A stretch of 64,000 nt of DNA from Tyzzerella sp. (GCA_019415525.1 DXZA01000081.1:17882-81881), one strand, 5' to 3'. Positions 40,339-50,104 are shown, numbered from the stretch's first letter. Notes: generated by a model from the letters alone, not told the origin. Translations and numbers: made by a program.

Positions 40339-40833
40339 TTATTTATTATCATAAAGAACAACTTCTTCTGATTTAAGACTATTTTTAACATCTATTATTC
40401 TTTGATTTGTACTTCCTGCCCAATGATATTTTGCACATTTAAGCTCACTTACAAATTTACCATCAACAAGGACATCTATATTTTTCATAAAAGGAAGTCT
40501 TCTTACTTCTTCCCAAAGAAAACCTGTATAAAGCCATATTGTTTTATTAGGATATTTTTCTTTTATATCAAATACAAGTTTTCCTATATCATCTACATTG
40601 CAAGGGTGAAGAGGGTCACCACCTGAAAGAGTTATACCATTTATATAATCTTTATCAAGCTGTTCAAAAATTTCACTTTTTGCAGCTTCATCAAATATAA
40701 CACCACTGTCAATATCCCATGTAATTGGGTTATGGCAGTCTTTACAATGGTGTGTGCAACCTGAAACCCAAAGCACAACTCTTAAACCTTCACCATTAAG
40801 CATGTCATCTTTTGTTATATTATGAAATTTCAT
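40339..40833 (-). CDS. nrdG: anaerobic ribonucleoside-triphosphate reductase activating protein
   Basis: Radical-SAM cluster GCTHHCKDCHN. The ATG at 40833 lies 1 nt after the nrdD stop, and I did not use the upstream start overlapping nrdD. Confidence 0.9.
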   Translation of the reverse strand: MKFHNITKDDMLNGEGLRVVLWVSGCTHHCKDCHNPITWDIDSGVIFDEAAKSEIFEQLDKDYINGITLSGGDPLHPCNVDDIGKLVFDIKEKYPNKTIWLYTGFLWEEVRRLPFMKNIDVLVDGKFVSELKCAKYHWAGSTNQRIIDVKNSLKSEEVVLYDNK

Positions 40834-40834
40834 T

Positions 40835-42970
40835 TTACATAGATTTCCTTTCTGCAATCTCTGCCATTTTTGCTTTATTCAAACGAGTATCTCCTTTAAC
40901 TCTTGAATATGAAAGATAACCATTCATTCTATCTATTTTTGTAAGATTTTTACTTCCACATTTTGGGCAAACGTCCATTTCAAGTTCCTGATGTCCACAA
41001 TCATCACAATATGCAAGAGAAAGATTTACACCTTCATAAAATCCCATTTTCATAGCACGTCTAATGAGAACTTTTACAGCTTCTTTGTTATAATCAATAG
41101 GATATTTAACATACTGTATTTTACCACCATTCATTAAATCCCAAAATCTTTTCTCTAAATCTTGTTTCTGTATTGGAGAAATATCCTCTGTTACATGACA
41201 ATGGAATGAATTTGATACATAAGCTCTATCAGAAACATTTTCAATAATTCCAAATTTCTTTCTAAACTGCTCTACCTGTAAACCACAAAGACTTTCAGCA
41301 GGTGTTCCATAAAGAGCATAAAGCTTTCCATCTTCCTCTTTAAACTGAGCAACTTTTTTATTTATGTATTCCATAACCTCAATAGCAAAATTTCCATCTT
41401 CTACAAGAGATTTTTTATTATGTAATTCCTGAAGCTCATTAAGAGCTGTAATTCCAAATGAAGCTGTTGCAGCTTTTAAAAGAGGTTTAATTTTATCATT
41501 TGGCTTAAGATGACCACCATAGAAACCACCTTCACAATATGCCATAGGATTTGTTGATGCTCTCATTTCTCCGAGATAATCATATGTTTTTAAATGTATT
41601 TTTCTAATCATTTCAAGATAATAATCAAGAACCTCATAAAAATCACGACTTTCATAATCTGCTTTTGCATAAATCATAGGAAGATGAAGTGAAACAGCAC
41701 CAATATTAAATCTTCCAACAAAAACAGGCTTATCATTTTCATCGGCAGGTTTTATACCACCTTTTTCATACCAAGGTGAAAGGAAAGCTCTACAACCCAT
41801 AGGGCTTATAACTTCACCATATTTTTTATACATTTCAGAAACATATCCTTCACCTGTAAGGCTAAGCCAGTCAGGATACATTGTTTTTCTTGAACACTCA
41901 ACACCTTCATTAAATACATCTTCAAGTTCACAACCTTCACCATGAAGATTTTCATCATATAAAAATACTATTTTAGGGAATAATACAGGTTTTTTATTTC
42001 CTGCCTTTCCTTGACCATGTCTATGAACTTCAAGCATTGTTATTGCAGCCATTTTTGCAAATCTACTTCTACCAAGACCAACTGTCATTGTAACAAAAGG
42101 ATAATCCCCTCTTGAAGAACCTACTGAATTAAGTTTATATTCAAGTCCCTGAAAACCTTGTTCAAAATCTCTTTTAAGTTTCTTAATAGCAATTTCTTCT
42201 GCAAAATCTGGGTCATCAACACCATAATATTTCTGTTTTTCAAGCTCTTCTTCATGATATTTTTTATAGCTTAATTCAGCATATGGTTCAAGTATATTAT
42301 CAATCTGCGGAACAGTAAATCCTCCATACTGCTGTGCCGCTGTTGAAAGTATCACGTCTCCTATAACATCAAATGCAACATCAAGAGTTTTTGGCTCATT
42401 ATACCAAAGATTTCCCATTTCAAAGCCGCCTCTTAAAACACTTGCCATGTCAAAAAGACAGCAGTTCATTGTATCACGTCTTGCAGACATATCATGTATA
42501 TAAATATATCCATCACGACAAGCCTGAAGTTCTTCAACATTAAGAGAAAATTTCTGATAAAGTTCTTTATTTAACTGATTAAATATAAGACTTCTTTTTG
42601 TAGCAACAAGAGCACTATCTGTATTTGCATTATCTTTATCTCCTATGTACATTATTGACTGTGCTTTTTTATATACACCATCAAGCATATGTACAAAATC
42701 CTGTTTATAGTTTCTATAATCTCTATAACTTTTCGCAACGGCAGGATTTACTTTTTCAAGAGCACTTTCTACAAGATTATGCATTGTTTGTATAGGAACA
42801 AGTGTAAGCTTTTCTTCTTTAATATGTTCCTCTACATATCTGCAAATCTCCTCTAAATTTTCTGATGTAAGTTTTGTCATAACACGCTCAGCTGATTTAT
42901 TAACTGCATTTGCAATCTTCTGAGAGTTAAACGCTTCAAGAGTATTATCTTTTTTAATAACTCTTATCAT
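40835..42970 (-). CDS. nrdD: anaerobic ribonucleoside-triphosphate reductase (class III)
   Basis: ATP-cone N-terminus, C-terminal Zn site (CDDCGH...CPKCGS) and glycyl-radical region (RMNGYLS). Confidence 0.95.
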   Translation of the reverse strand: MIRVIKKDNTLEAFNSQKIANAVNKSAERVMTKLTSENLEEICRYVEEHIKEEKLTLVPIQTMHNLVESALEKVNPAVAKSYRDYRNYKQDFVHMLDGVYKKAQSIMYIGDKDNANTDSALVATKRSLIFNQLNKELYQKFSLNVEELQACRDGYIYIHDMSARRDTMNCCLFDMASVLRGGFEMGNLWYNEPKTLDVAFDVIGDVILSTAAQQYGGFTVPQIDNILEPYAELSYKKYHEEELEKQKYYGVDDPDFAEEIAIKKLKRDFEQGFQGLEYKLNSVGSSRGDYPFVTMTVGLGRSRFAKMAAITMLEVHRHGQGKAGNKKPVLFPKIVFLYDENLHGEGCELEDVFNEGVECSRKTMYPDWLSLTGEGYVSEMYKKYGEVISPMGCRAFLSPWYEKGGIKPADENDKPVFVGRFNIGAVSLHLPMIYAKADYESRDFYEVLDYYLEMIRKIHLKTYDYLGEMRASTNPMAYCEGGFYGGHLKPNDKIKPLLKAATASFGITALNELQELHNKKSLVEDGNFAIEVMEYINKKVAQFKEEDGKLYALYGTPAESLCGLQVEQFRKKFGIIENVSDRAYVSNSFHCHVTEDISPIQKQDLEKRFWDLMNGGKIQYVKYPIDYNKEAVKVLIRRAMKMGFYEGVNLSLAYCDDCGHQELEMDVCPKCGSKNLTKIDRMNGYLSYSRVKGDTRLNKAKMAEIAERKSM

Positions 42971-43002
42971 ATTTCCTGCCTCCTTTTTTTATAATAAAAA
43001 AC

Positions 43003-43048
43003 ACAACATATTGTTGTCTGCATAATACTATAACACATATATTGATAT
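43003..43048. promoter_or_regulatory. two NrdR-box-like AT-rich palindromes upstream of nrdD
   Basis: ACAACAtatTGTTGT (43003-43017) and ACACATATATTGATAT (43033-43048), with centres about 30 bp apart. They resemble the remembered NrdR consensus acaCwAtATaTwGtgt, but each looks 1 nt short of a 16-mer. Confidence 0.45.
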
Positions 43049-43252
43049 TTAGAAAGACCAAAATATATTTTTAGCATAATCAACAAACCCTTATGGATTT
43101 TAAAAAATAAAAAAGTATATCTTATTTATTGACTTTTTTATTTATGTGTAATTGGAAATTAAAATTTATTTTAAAAACTATAAATATTTTTTAAAAAACA
43201 GATAATAATATAAATGCAATAAAAATTTTTAAAATATTTGGAGGTAATAGTT

Positions 43253-43417
43253 ATGGATAAAGTAAACAAATCTATCAAATGTTCAGTAAGTCAGTGTGCA
43301 TACCATTGTCAAGATAAAGGATACTGTACTCTTGATACAATCCAAGTAGGAACACACGAAATTAATCCAACACAGAAAGAATGTACTGACTGCGAATCTT
43401 TTGCTACAAAAATGTAA
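43253..43417 (+). CDS. DUF1540-family small Cys-rich protein (54 aa, absent from the ORF track)
   Basis: GGAGG lies 7 nt upstream. Translation is MDKVNKSIKCSVSQCAYHCQDKGYCTLDTIQVGTHEINPTQKECTDCESFATKM, which fits the DUF1540 Cys pattern. A strong terminator follows. Confidence 0.7.
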   Translation: MDKVNKSIKCSVSQCAYHCQDKGYCTLDTIQVGTHEINPTQKECTDCESFATKM

Positions 43418-43426
43418 TATCAGCGT

Positions 43427-43469
43427 AAAAATAAGTATATTGAATATATTCAATATACTTATTTTTTTT
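43427..43469 (+). terminator. intrinsic terminator after the DUF1540 gene
   Basis: AATAAGTATATTGAATATATTCAATATACTTATT hairpin followed by T8. Confidence 0.8.
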
Positions 43470-43526
43470 AACACTTGTCCTTTTTATACATATAATATAT
43501 TAAAATAAATAAAAAAGAGGATTTTT

Positions 43527-43991
43527 ATGGACAATCAACATATTAAAAACCCATGCTGTATACTTGAAGACAATTGTAAAAATAAAATATTAGGGTTTGG
43601 TTATTTTTCAAATTCAGAAGAATTTAATTCTGAAAAAGGTATTATACAATTTAATGATACACCTGTAGTTACAGATATTTTTGATATTAACAATGGCTAT
43701 ATAAAAGTTAAATCAAACGGTTGGTATTACATTCAATATATACTCAATATACCTCCAAAAACTGATATTTCATCTAATTTTGCAATATATAACGAAAATT
43801 CTGCAATAGAAGGTACAATTATAAATGTATCTACAACAAATAATGAAAACTCATTATATTACGGTGCTCAAACAATTTGTAAAATAGAAGAAAATACTAC
43901 TGTATCATTAAAATCAGATAAAAATTTATATTTTAAAACTAAAAAAACTTATGAAAACTGTGTATCATTATTTATATTAAAACTATTATAA
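43527..43991 (+). CDS. hypothetical 154-aa protein, possibly a C1q/TNF-like (BclA C-terminal-like) jelly-roll
   Basis: AAGAGG RBS and a terminator. The beta-rich pattern (GWYYIQYILNI ... VSLKSD ... VSLFILKL) is reminiscent of C1q-like spore-surface domains. The family assignment is a guess. Confidence 0.55.
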   Translation: MDNQHIKNPCCILEDNCKNKILGFGYFSNSEEFNSEKGIIQFNDTPVVTDIFDINNGYIKVKSNGWYYIQYILNIPPKTDISSNFAIYNENSAIEGTIINVSTTNNENSLYYGAQTICKIEENTTVSLKSDKNLYFKTKKTYENCVSLFILKLL

Positions 43992-43997
43992 TGCCAC

Positions 43998-44027
43998 AAA
44001 AAACTCCGGATACTTTCCGGAGTTTTT
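43998..44027. terminator. bidirectional intrinsic terminator
   Basis: A6-CTCCGGA-tactt-TCCGGAG-T5 between convergent genes. Confidence 0.8.
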
Positions 44028-44031
44028 ATTT

Positions 44032-44469
44032 TTATTCTTCTGGAAGATTATGAAGTTCATCAATATCATCTACTGGTTTCTCAAGACCTTCTATAACTAT
44101 ATTATTTTTTTCTGCATAATCCCAAAGAGCTGCATGAAGAGCTTCTTCAGCAAGACATGAACAATGAACTTTTACTGGTGGAAGTCCATCAAGTGCTTCC
44201 ATAACCGCTTTATTTGTAATTTCAAGAGCTTCCTGAATTGTTTTACCTTTTACAAGTTCTGTTGCCATACTGCTTGTTGCAACAGCTGCTCCACAACCAA
44301 ATGTTTTAAATTTTGCATCTTCAATAATACCGTTTTCTATTTTAAGATATACTTTCATTATATCACCACATTTAGCATTTCCAACTGTACCAACACCACT
44401 TGCATCTTCTATTTCTCCAACATTTCTTGGGTTCATAAAATGGTCCATAACTTTTGCACTGTATTCCAT
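44032..44469 (-). CDS. iscU: Fe-S cluster assembly scaffold (NifU N-terminal/IscU type)
   Basis: Three cluster cysteines in the contexts NAKCGD, FGCGAA and HCSCLA. Confidence 0.92.
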   Translation of the reverse strand: MEYSAKVMDHFMNPRNVGEIEDASGVGTVGNAKCGDIMKVYLKIENGIIEDAKFKTFGCGAAVATSSMATELVKGKTIQEALEITNKAVMEALDGLPPVKVHCSCLAEEALHAALWDYAEKNNIVIEGLEKPVDDIDELHNLPEE

Positions 44470-44518
44470 AAATCTTATCCTCCTAAATTAATCATCTGTA
44501 TTATGAGTTATTTCTATA

Positions 44519-45700
44519 TTATTTATTATTTTTGATATATTCTTCGTAAAGAGGAGACATATCTCTAAGTCTCTGAACAATAGGTGGAAGCTTTTCTATG
44601 ATAAAATCAACTTCTTCTTCTGTATTCATATGTCCAAGAGAAAGTCTTAATGACCCATGTGCTTTTTCATGAGGAAGACCTATTGAAAGAAGAACATGTG
44701 ATGGGTCAAGAGAGCCTGAAGTACAAGCAGAACCACTTGAAGCACAAATTCCATTCATATCAAGGAAAAGTAACATTGATTCACCTTCAATAAATTCAAA
44801 TGAAAGATTTACATTTCCTGGAAGTCTATCAACAGGGTGTCCATTAAGTTTTGTATGACTTATTTTTGAAGTAAGCTCTGTAATAAGTTTATCTCTCATT
44901 TTTACAAGCTTTGGTGTTACTTCATCCATTTCATTTACAGCCATTTCTATTGCTTTTCCAAGTCCAACTATACCTGGAACATTTTCAGTACCAGCACGTC
45001 TTCCTCTTTCCTGTGCACCACCATGTATAAATGATTTTAATTTAACACCTTTTCTTATATATAAAGCACCAATTCCCTTAGGAGCACCAAGTTTATGTCC
45101 TGAAAGAGAAAGCATATCTATATTCATTTCTTTTACATCTATTTTAACATGACCTACAGCCTGAACAGCATCTGTATGGAAATAAATTCCATTTTCTCTT
45201 GCTATTTTTCCTATTTCAGCAATAGGCTCTATTGTACCAATTTCATTATTAGCAAACATAATGGAAATAAGAATTGTATCTGGTCTTATAGCAGCCTTTA
45301 AATCTTCAATTCTTACTTTTCCATATTCATCAACAGGAAGATATGTTACTTCAAATCCTTTTGATTCAAGATATTCACAAGTATGAAGTATAGCATGGTG
45401 TTCAATAACTGATGTTATAATATGTTTACCTTTAGAAGACATTGACTCAGCAATTCCTTTTAAAGCCCAGTTATCACTTTCAGAACCTCCAGCTGTAAAG
45501 AATATTTCTGCTGGTTCTGCACCAAGAGCATTTGCAACTTGTTCTCTTGCTTTGTCTATTGCTTTTTTACTTTCTCTTGCTATACTATAAACACTTGAAG
45601 CATTACCATAATGTTCGCTAAAATATGGTAATATCGTATCAAGCACCTCTTTTCTTACAGGTGTTGTTGCAGCATTATCAAAATATATTAATTTATCCAT
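44519..45700 (-). CDS. iscS: cysteine desulfurase (NifS/IscS)
   Basis: PLP lysine in [10 protein letters not shown] and active-site loop SSGSACTSG. Confidence 0.93.
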   Translation of the reverse strand: MDKLIYFDNAATTPVRKEVLDTILPYFSEHYGNASSVYSIARESKKAIDKAREQVANALGAEPAEIFFTAGGSESDNWALKGIAESMSSKGKHIITSVIEHHAILHTCEYLESKGFEVTYLPVDEYGKVRIEDLKAAIRPDTILISIMFANNEIGTIEPIAEIGKIARENGIYFHTDAVQAVGHVKIDVKEMNIDMLSLSGHKLGAPKGIGALYIRKGVKLKSFIHGGAQERGRRAGTENVPGIVGLGKAIEMAVNEMDEVTPKLVKMRDKLITELTSKISHTKLNGHPVDRLPGNVNLSFEFIEGESMLLFLDMNGICASSGSACTSGSLDPSHVLLSIGLPHEKAHGSLRLSLGHMNTEEEVDFIIEKLPPIVQRLRDMSPLYEEYIKNNK

Positions 45701-45734
45701 AACTAACTACTCCCTCATTAATAAAATTTAATAT

Positions 45735-46163
45735 CTATTCTATATTATTAACTTCTTTATATTCTGTTGCAAGTTCCTCAAGATTTATGGAATCAGCAGC
45801 TTCATTAAGACTTGCTTGCATTTTCTCCCATACTCCTTTTGATACGCAACAAGTACATGTATCTGGACAGGCTGCTGTTTTTTCATTACAACAATCCTGA
45901 GAAAAAGAATCTTCTAAAGCTCTAAGGATACTTCCTACTTTTATATCCTTGGGATTCATAGCTATCCTATATCCTCCGCCAGCACCCCTAACGCTTTTTA
46001 CAAGACCTGCTTTTTTAAGAGGAGGTATAAGCTGTTCAAGATAGCTTTCAGATATATGCTGTCTTTCAGCAATACTTTTTATACTTATACAATTATCTTT
46101 TCCAAAAACAGCTATATCTATCATAGCTTTTAAACCATACTTTCCTTTTGTGGAAATTTTCAT
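45735..46163 (-). CDS. Rrf2-family transcriptional regulator (IscR-like)
   Basis: MKISTKGKYGLKAM wHTH N-terminus and a C-terminal Cys cluster (CCNEKTAACPDTCTCC). First gene of the iscSU operon. Confidence 0.88.
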   Translation of the reverse strand: MKISTKGKYGLKAMIDIAVFGKDNCISIKSIAERQHISESYLEQLIPPLKKAGLVKSVRGAGGGYRIAMNPKDIKVGSILRALEDSFSQDCCNEKTAACPDTCTCCVSKGVWEKMQASLNEAADSINLEELATEYKEVNNIE

Positions 46164-46178
46164 TTTATCACCTCTCTT

Positions 46179-46205
46179 AAATTCCGAGTTGTTTACTGGG
46201 AATTT
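46179..46205. promoter_or_regulatory. 27-bp palindromic operator candidate (Rrf2/IscR site 1)
   Basis: AAATTCCGAGT-tgttt-ACTGGGAATTT with arms matching 10/11, 16 nt upstream of the Rrf2 start codon. Confidence 0.55.
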
Positions 46206-46254
46206 ACATATATAAAAATATCACTTCTGATTATCATTGTCAATAGATTTCAAA

Positions 46255-46281
46255 AAATTCCTAGTAAAATTATAGGATTTT
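46255..46281. promoter_or_regulatory. second related operator candidate (site 2)
   Basis: AAATTCCTAGT-aaaat-TATAGGATTTT has the same 11-5-11 layout. Its left arm matches site 1 at 10/11 positions, and the two sites are 76 bp apart. Confidence 0.45.
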
Positions 46282-46440
46282 TTTTAATACAATTTTTCCA
46301 GTCACATATCGTGGTTTTAAAAATAATATTTTCCCATTCTGTGATAGATACTTTTTTTGAATACAAAATAAAAATATAATATTTATAATATGTATGACAA
46401 TATACATGTCAGCATATAATATAACAGGGAGAGGGTATTT

Positions 46441-46821
46441 ATGGAATTCAAAGAAAGACTTAGATTTTTAAGAAAAGAAAAACATCACACACAAAAAAAA
46501 CTTGGTGAAATACTTAATTATGGATATACAGCAATTTCAAACTACGAAAGCGGAAGAAACGAGCCCTCTATTTCTGATATTAAAAAAATAGCAAAATTTT
46601 TTGATGTTTCAGTGGACTATCTTCTTTGTGTAAATGATATTAGAAACCCATATCTTCAAGAAGAGTCTTCTGAAAGTTTTATGGAATTCAAAAATTTATT
46701 TTCAAATTTAACTGATGAAGGCAAGGAAGAACTTCTTCTTTATATGAAATATCTTACTGTAAAAAATGATGTATATCTTAAAGTTGCCGAAGAAAAAGAA
46801 GATTATAAAACAAAAAAATAA
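46441..46821 (+). CDS. XRE-family helix-turn-helix transcriptional regulator
   Basis: HTH_3 motif (LRKEKHHTQKKLGEILNYGYTAISNYESGRNEPS), 126 aa. Confidence 0.85.
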   Translation: MEFKERLRFLRKEKHHTQKKLGEILNYGYTAISNYESGRNEPSISDIKKIAKFFDVSVDYLLCVNDIRNPYLQEESSESFMEFKNLFSNLTDEGKEELLLYMKYLTVKNDVYLKVAEEKEDYKTKK

Positions 46822-46824
46822 TAT

Positions 46825-46856
46825 AAAGCTGTGTATTTATAATACACAGCTTTTTT
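46825..46856 (+). terminator. intrinsic terminator after the XRE gene
   Basis: AAAGCTGTGTATT/AATACACAGCTTT hairpin followed by T6. Confidence 0.8.
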
Positions 46857-46882
46857 ATTGAAATAATAAAAAATAATAATAC

Positions 46883-46915
46883 AAAAAAGGCATTTCCATA
46901 AAGGAAATGCCTTTT
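46883..46915 (-). terminator. intrinsic terminator after etfA
   Basis: GGCATTTCC/GGAAATGCC hairpin with a U-run on the minus strand. Confidence 0.8.
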
Positions 46916-46957
46916 ATCTTCACAACACAATTATATATTAAAGAAAAAATATTCTAA

Positions 46958-48010
46958 TTACTGATTAGCTTTTTCTTCTTTGAATTTTCTGATAGCATCA
47001 GCAAGTTTAGGAACGATAACTTTAACGTCACCTACGATACCAAGGTCAGCAACCTGGAAGATTGCAGCTGTATCATTTTTGTTGATAGCAACGATAAATT
47101 CAGAACCTTCCATACCTGCAACGTGCTGGATAGCACCTGAGATACCACAAGCAACATAAAGTTCTGGTCTAACTGTTTTACCTGTCTGACCAACCTGACG
47201 TTCTTTTTCAATCCAGCCAGCGTCAACACAAGCTCTTGAAGAACCAACTTCTGCACCAAGTACATCAGCAAGGTCTCTAAGCATATCGAATCCTTCTGGT
47301 CCGCCAATACCACGTCCACCAGAAACGATAAGTTTAGCTTCTGTAAGGTCAACAGCTTTCTTTGTAGCTTTAACTACTTCAAGAATTTCGATGTTCATAT
47401 CTTCTGCTGTTAAACCAGCATCAAATCTGATAAGTTCGCCAGTTCTTGTTGTATCTTTAGCGATTCTCTTCATAACACCAGGTCTTACAGTAGCCATCTG
47501 TGGTTTTGTTCTTGGGCACATAAGTGTAGCCATGATGTTACCACCGAAAGCTGGACGAGTCATAAGTAATGCTCTTGTACCATCTGCACAACCCATAGCT
47601 TCTTCTTTAGCTATTTCTTCTTCAGTTTTAGCCATTCTTAAACCTGTACAGTCAGCAACAAGACCTGTTCTTACACGGCTAGCAAGTCTTGGAGCAACGT
47701 CTCTACCGATTGAAGATGCACCAAAGAGCATAATTTCTGGGTCAAATTCTTTAACAACTGCTGTAAGAGCTTTTGTATATGGCTCTGTAGCATATTCTTT
47801 AAGAAGTGGGTTGTCGATTAATACAACTTTATCTGCACCATAGTGGTATAATCTTTCAACCTGATCTTCAATTTCGCTACCTAATAATACAGCAACTACG
47901 TCGTCGCCTAAATCTTCTTTTAATCTTGTAGCTTCTCCAATAAGCTCAAGTCCAACGTTCTGAACTTTACCGCTTCTCTGTTCTACTACTACATAAATTC
48001 CTTTACTCAT
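46958..48010 (-). CDS. etfA: electron transfer flavoprotein subunit alpha
   Basis: 350 aa with C-terminal FAD-binding block (YVACGISGAIQHVAGM). Confidence 0.93.
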   Translation of the reverse strand: MSKGIYVVVEQRSGKVQNVGLELIGEATRLKEDLGDDVVAVLLGSEIEDQVERLYHYGADKVVLIDNPLLKEYATEPYTKALTAVVKEFDPEIMLFGASSIGRDVAPRLASRVRTGLVADCTGLRMAKTEEEIAKEEAMGCADGTRALLMTRPAFGGNIMATLMCPRTKPQMATVRPGVMKRIAKDTTRTGELIRFDAGLTAEDMNIEILEVVKATKKAVDLTEAKLIVSGGRGIGGPEGFDMLRDLADVLGAEVGSSRACVDAGWIEKERQVGQTGKTVRPELYVACGISGAIQHVAGMEGSEFIVAINKNDTAAIFQVADLGIVGDVKVIVPKLADAIRKFKEEKANQ

Positions 48011-48056
48011 TGTAGGGTTCTCCTCCTTAATTAATATATTTCAACTAAAATTAAAA

Positions 48057-48848
48057 TTAGATAATGTGTTTAGCATCAAGTTTTTCAATAATAGCTGCAA
48101 CAGCCTGTTCTGCAGAAACATCTTTAAGGATTGTACCTGCACCTTTAACTTCTTTAGTGAATGATTTGTAAACGTTTGTAGGTGAACCCTTTAATCCGAT
48201 CATATCAAGTTCAAGGTCATCTTTTAAGTCTTCAAAACCAACGATTTTGATTTCTTTTTCATAAGCTTCTACGATACCTTTAACTGACATGTATCTTGGT
48301 GTAGCAAGCTCAGCAATAGCTGTAAGTAAGCAAGGAGTTTTGATTTTGATGATGTGGTATCCATCTTCAAACTGTCTCTTAACTATAAGGTGGTCTTCAG
48401 CTACTTCCTGGATTTCTTCTACATAAGAAACCTGTGGAAGACCAAGTTTTTCACCAATCTGTGGTCCAACCTGAGCTGTGTCACCGTCAATAGCCTGACG
48501 TCCTGTGATAATTAAATCGTATCCGATTTTCTTTAATGCTGCAGCAAGAATTCCTGATGTAGCATATGTATCAGAACCACCAAATTCTCTACCTGATACA
48601 AGGTAAGCTTCATCACAACCCATAGCTAAAGCTTCTCTTAAAGCAACATCTGCCTGTGGAGGTCCCATAGATACAACTGTTACTGTTGCACCTGTCTGCT
48701 CTTTAATTCTTAAAGCAGCCTCAATACCTGTTTTGTCATCATGATTTATGATACTTGGCACACCATCTCTGATAAGTGTACCAGTTTTTGGATCGATTTT
48801 TACTTCTACTGTATCTGGAACCTGTTTAATACATACAACGATTTTCAT
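48057..48848 (-). CDS. etfB: electron transfer flavoprotein subunit beta
   Basis: MKIVVCIKQVPD N-terminus, 263 aa. Confidence 0.93.
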   Translation of the reverse strand: MKIVVCIKQVPDTVEVKIDPKTGTLIRDGVPSIINHDDKTGIEAALRIKEQTGATVTVVSMGPPQADVALREALAMGCDEAYLVSGREFGGSDTYATSGILAAALKKIGYDLIITGRQAIDGDTAQVGPQIGEKLGLPQVSYVEEIQEVAEDHLIVKRQFEDGYHIIKIKTPCLLTAIAELATPRYMSVKGIVEAYEKEIKIVGFEDLKDDLELDMIGLKGSPTNVYKSFTKEVKGAGTILKDVSAEQAVAAIIEKLDAKHII

Positions 48849-48894
48849 CTTAGTTCTCCTTCCGAAATTTATTTTTTCTAGATTATAGGTTTTA

Positions 48895-50040
48895 TTAGAG
48901 CTTCATTGAGCCTGAGATAACCATCTTCATAGCTTCAGATGTACCTTCATAGATTTCAGTAATCTTAGCATCTCTCATTGCTCTTTCAACTGGATATTCT
49001 CTTGAGTATCCGTAACCACCCATTAACTGAACGCATCCTCTTGTTACTTCGTTTGCAACTTCTGATGCGAATAATTTACACATAGCTGCTAATGGAGCAT
49101 AGTTTTCATGGTTGTCTTTAGCAACAGCTGCTCTCCAAACCATAAGTCTAGCTGCATCAACTTTTGTCTGCATTTCAGCAAGTTTGAACTGTGTATTCTG
49201 GAATTTTGAGATTGGTTTTCCAAACTGTTTTCTTTCTTTAACGTATTTGATTGTTTCGTTAATAGCACCCTGAGCAATACCTACTGACTGAGCACCGATA
49301 CCGATACGACCACCGTTAAGAGCTGTCATAGCAATTTTAAATCCGTTTCCTTCTTTAGCAAGAAGTCTGTCTGCAGGAACTTTTACGTTTTCGTAAGCAA
49401 CTTCACAGTTAGAAGCAGCTCTGATACCCATACGTTCGATGTTTGTTCCTACTGAAAGACCTTCCATTTCTCTGTCAAGAATGAATGCTGACATACCTTT
49501 TGGTCCTTTTGATTTATCTGTAAGAGCAAATACGATGAATGTATCAGCAAATCCTGAGTTTGTTGTGAATATTTTTGTACCATTGATTGTGTAGTATGTA
49601 CCATCTTCTGATAAAACAGCTTCTGTCTGAACACCTGAAGCATCTGTACCAGCATTAGGCTCTGTAAGTCCGAAACATCCAACTTTGCTTCCGTCTACAA
49701 GAGGTCTTAAGAATTTCTGTTTCTGCTCTTCTGTACCAAACTCATTGATACAAGCACAGCAGAGTGATGTATGAACAGAGATTGTGATACCTGTTGAAGC
49801 ATCGATTTTTGACATTTCTTCCATAGCTAATGTGTATGTAAGGTTGTCAGCTCCCTGTCCGCCGTACTCTCTTGAATAAGGTATACCAAAAATACCAGCT
49901 TTCTGAAGTTTTTCTACAAGCTCCATTGAGTACTCTTCAGCTTCGTCCATATCCTTTGCAATTGGTTTGATTTCTGTTTCTGCAAATTTTCTGAATAACT
50001 CTTGACAAAGCAACTGTGTTTTTGTTAATTTGAAATCCAT
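48895..50040 (-). CDS. bcd: acyl-CoA dehydrogenase, short-chain (butyryl-CoA dehydrogenase-like)
   Basis: 381 aa ACAD with GLTEPNAGTD and a C-terminal catalytic-Glu block (ITEIYEGTSE). Immediately upstream of etfBA. Confidence 0.9.
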   Translation of the reverse strand: MDFKLTKTQLLCQELFRKFAETEIKPIAKDMDEAEEYSMELVEKLQKAGIFGIPYSREYGGQGADNLTYTLAMEEMSKIDASTGITISVHTSLCCACINEFGTEEQKQKFLRPLVDGSKVGCFGLTEPNAGTDASGVQTEAVLSEDGTYYTINGTKIFTTNSGFADTFIVFALTDKSKGPKGMSAFILDREMEGLSVGTNIERMGIRAASNCEVAYENVKVPADRLLAKEGNGFKIAMTALNGGRIGIGAQSVGIAQGAINETIKYVKERKQFGKPISKFQNTQFKLAEMQTKVDAARLMVWRAAVAKDNHENYAPLAAMCKLFASEVANEVTRGCVQLMGGYGYSREYPVERAMRDAKITEIYEGTSEAMKMVISGSMKL

Positions 50041-50065
50041 TTTTTATTCCTCCTATTATAATAAT

Positions 50066-50104
50066 AAAAAATTAAAATAACCGGTGGGTGTGTGACCGAT
50101 TATT
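50066..50104 (-). terminator. intrinsic terminator-like hairpin inside the bcd 5' leader (attenuator)
   Basis: Minus-strand RNA has AAUAAUCGGU-cacacaccc-ACCGGUUAUU, a 10-bp stem with one G-U pair, then UUAAUUUUUU. It ends about 25 nt before the bcd ATG. Confidence 0.6.

Noticed and set aside
40834-40857. Longer nrdG start (the track's 172-aa ORF) overlapping the end of nrdD.
   Set aside because: The ATG at 40833, 1 nt after the nrdD stop, gives the conserved MKFHNI... N-terminus. The upstream extension (MQKGNLCK) lies inside nrdD coding sequence.
43283-43474. 63-aa minus-strand ORF in the ORF track, antisense to the DUF1540 gene.
   Set aside because: The 54-aa plus-strand ORF has a GGAGG RBS, a family-like Cys pattern and a terminator. 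The antisense ORF runs through that terminator and is hydrophobic low-complexity sequence.
47391-47843. 150-aa antisense ORF inside etfA. Similar antisense or out-of-frame ORFs occur at 35136-35498 (ispA), 38666-39001 (SNF transporter), 47032-47352 and 49089-49682.
   Set aside because: All are embedded in genes with strong family signatures, and their translations are low-complexity with no motifs. I treat them as shadow ORFs.
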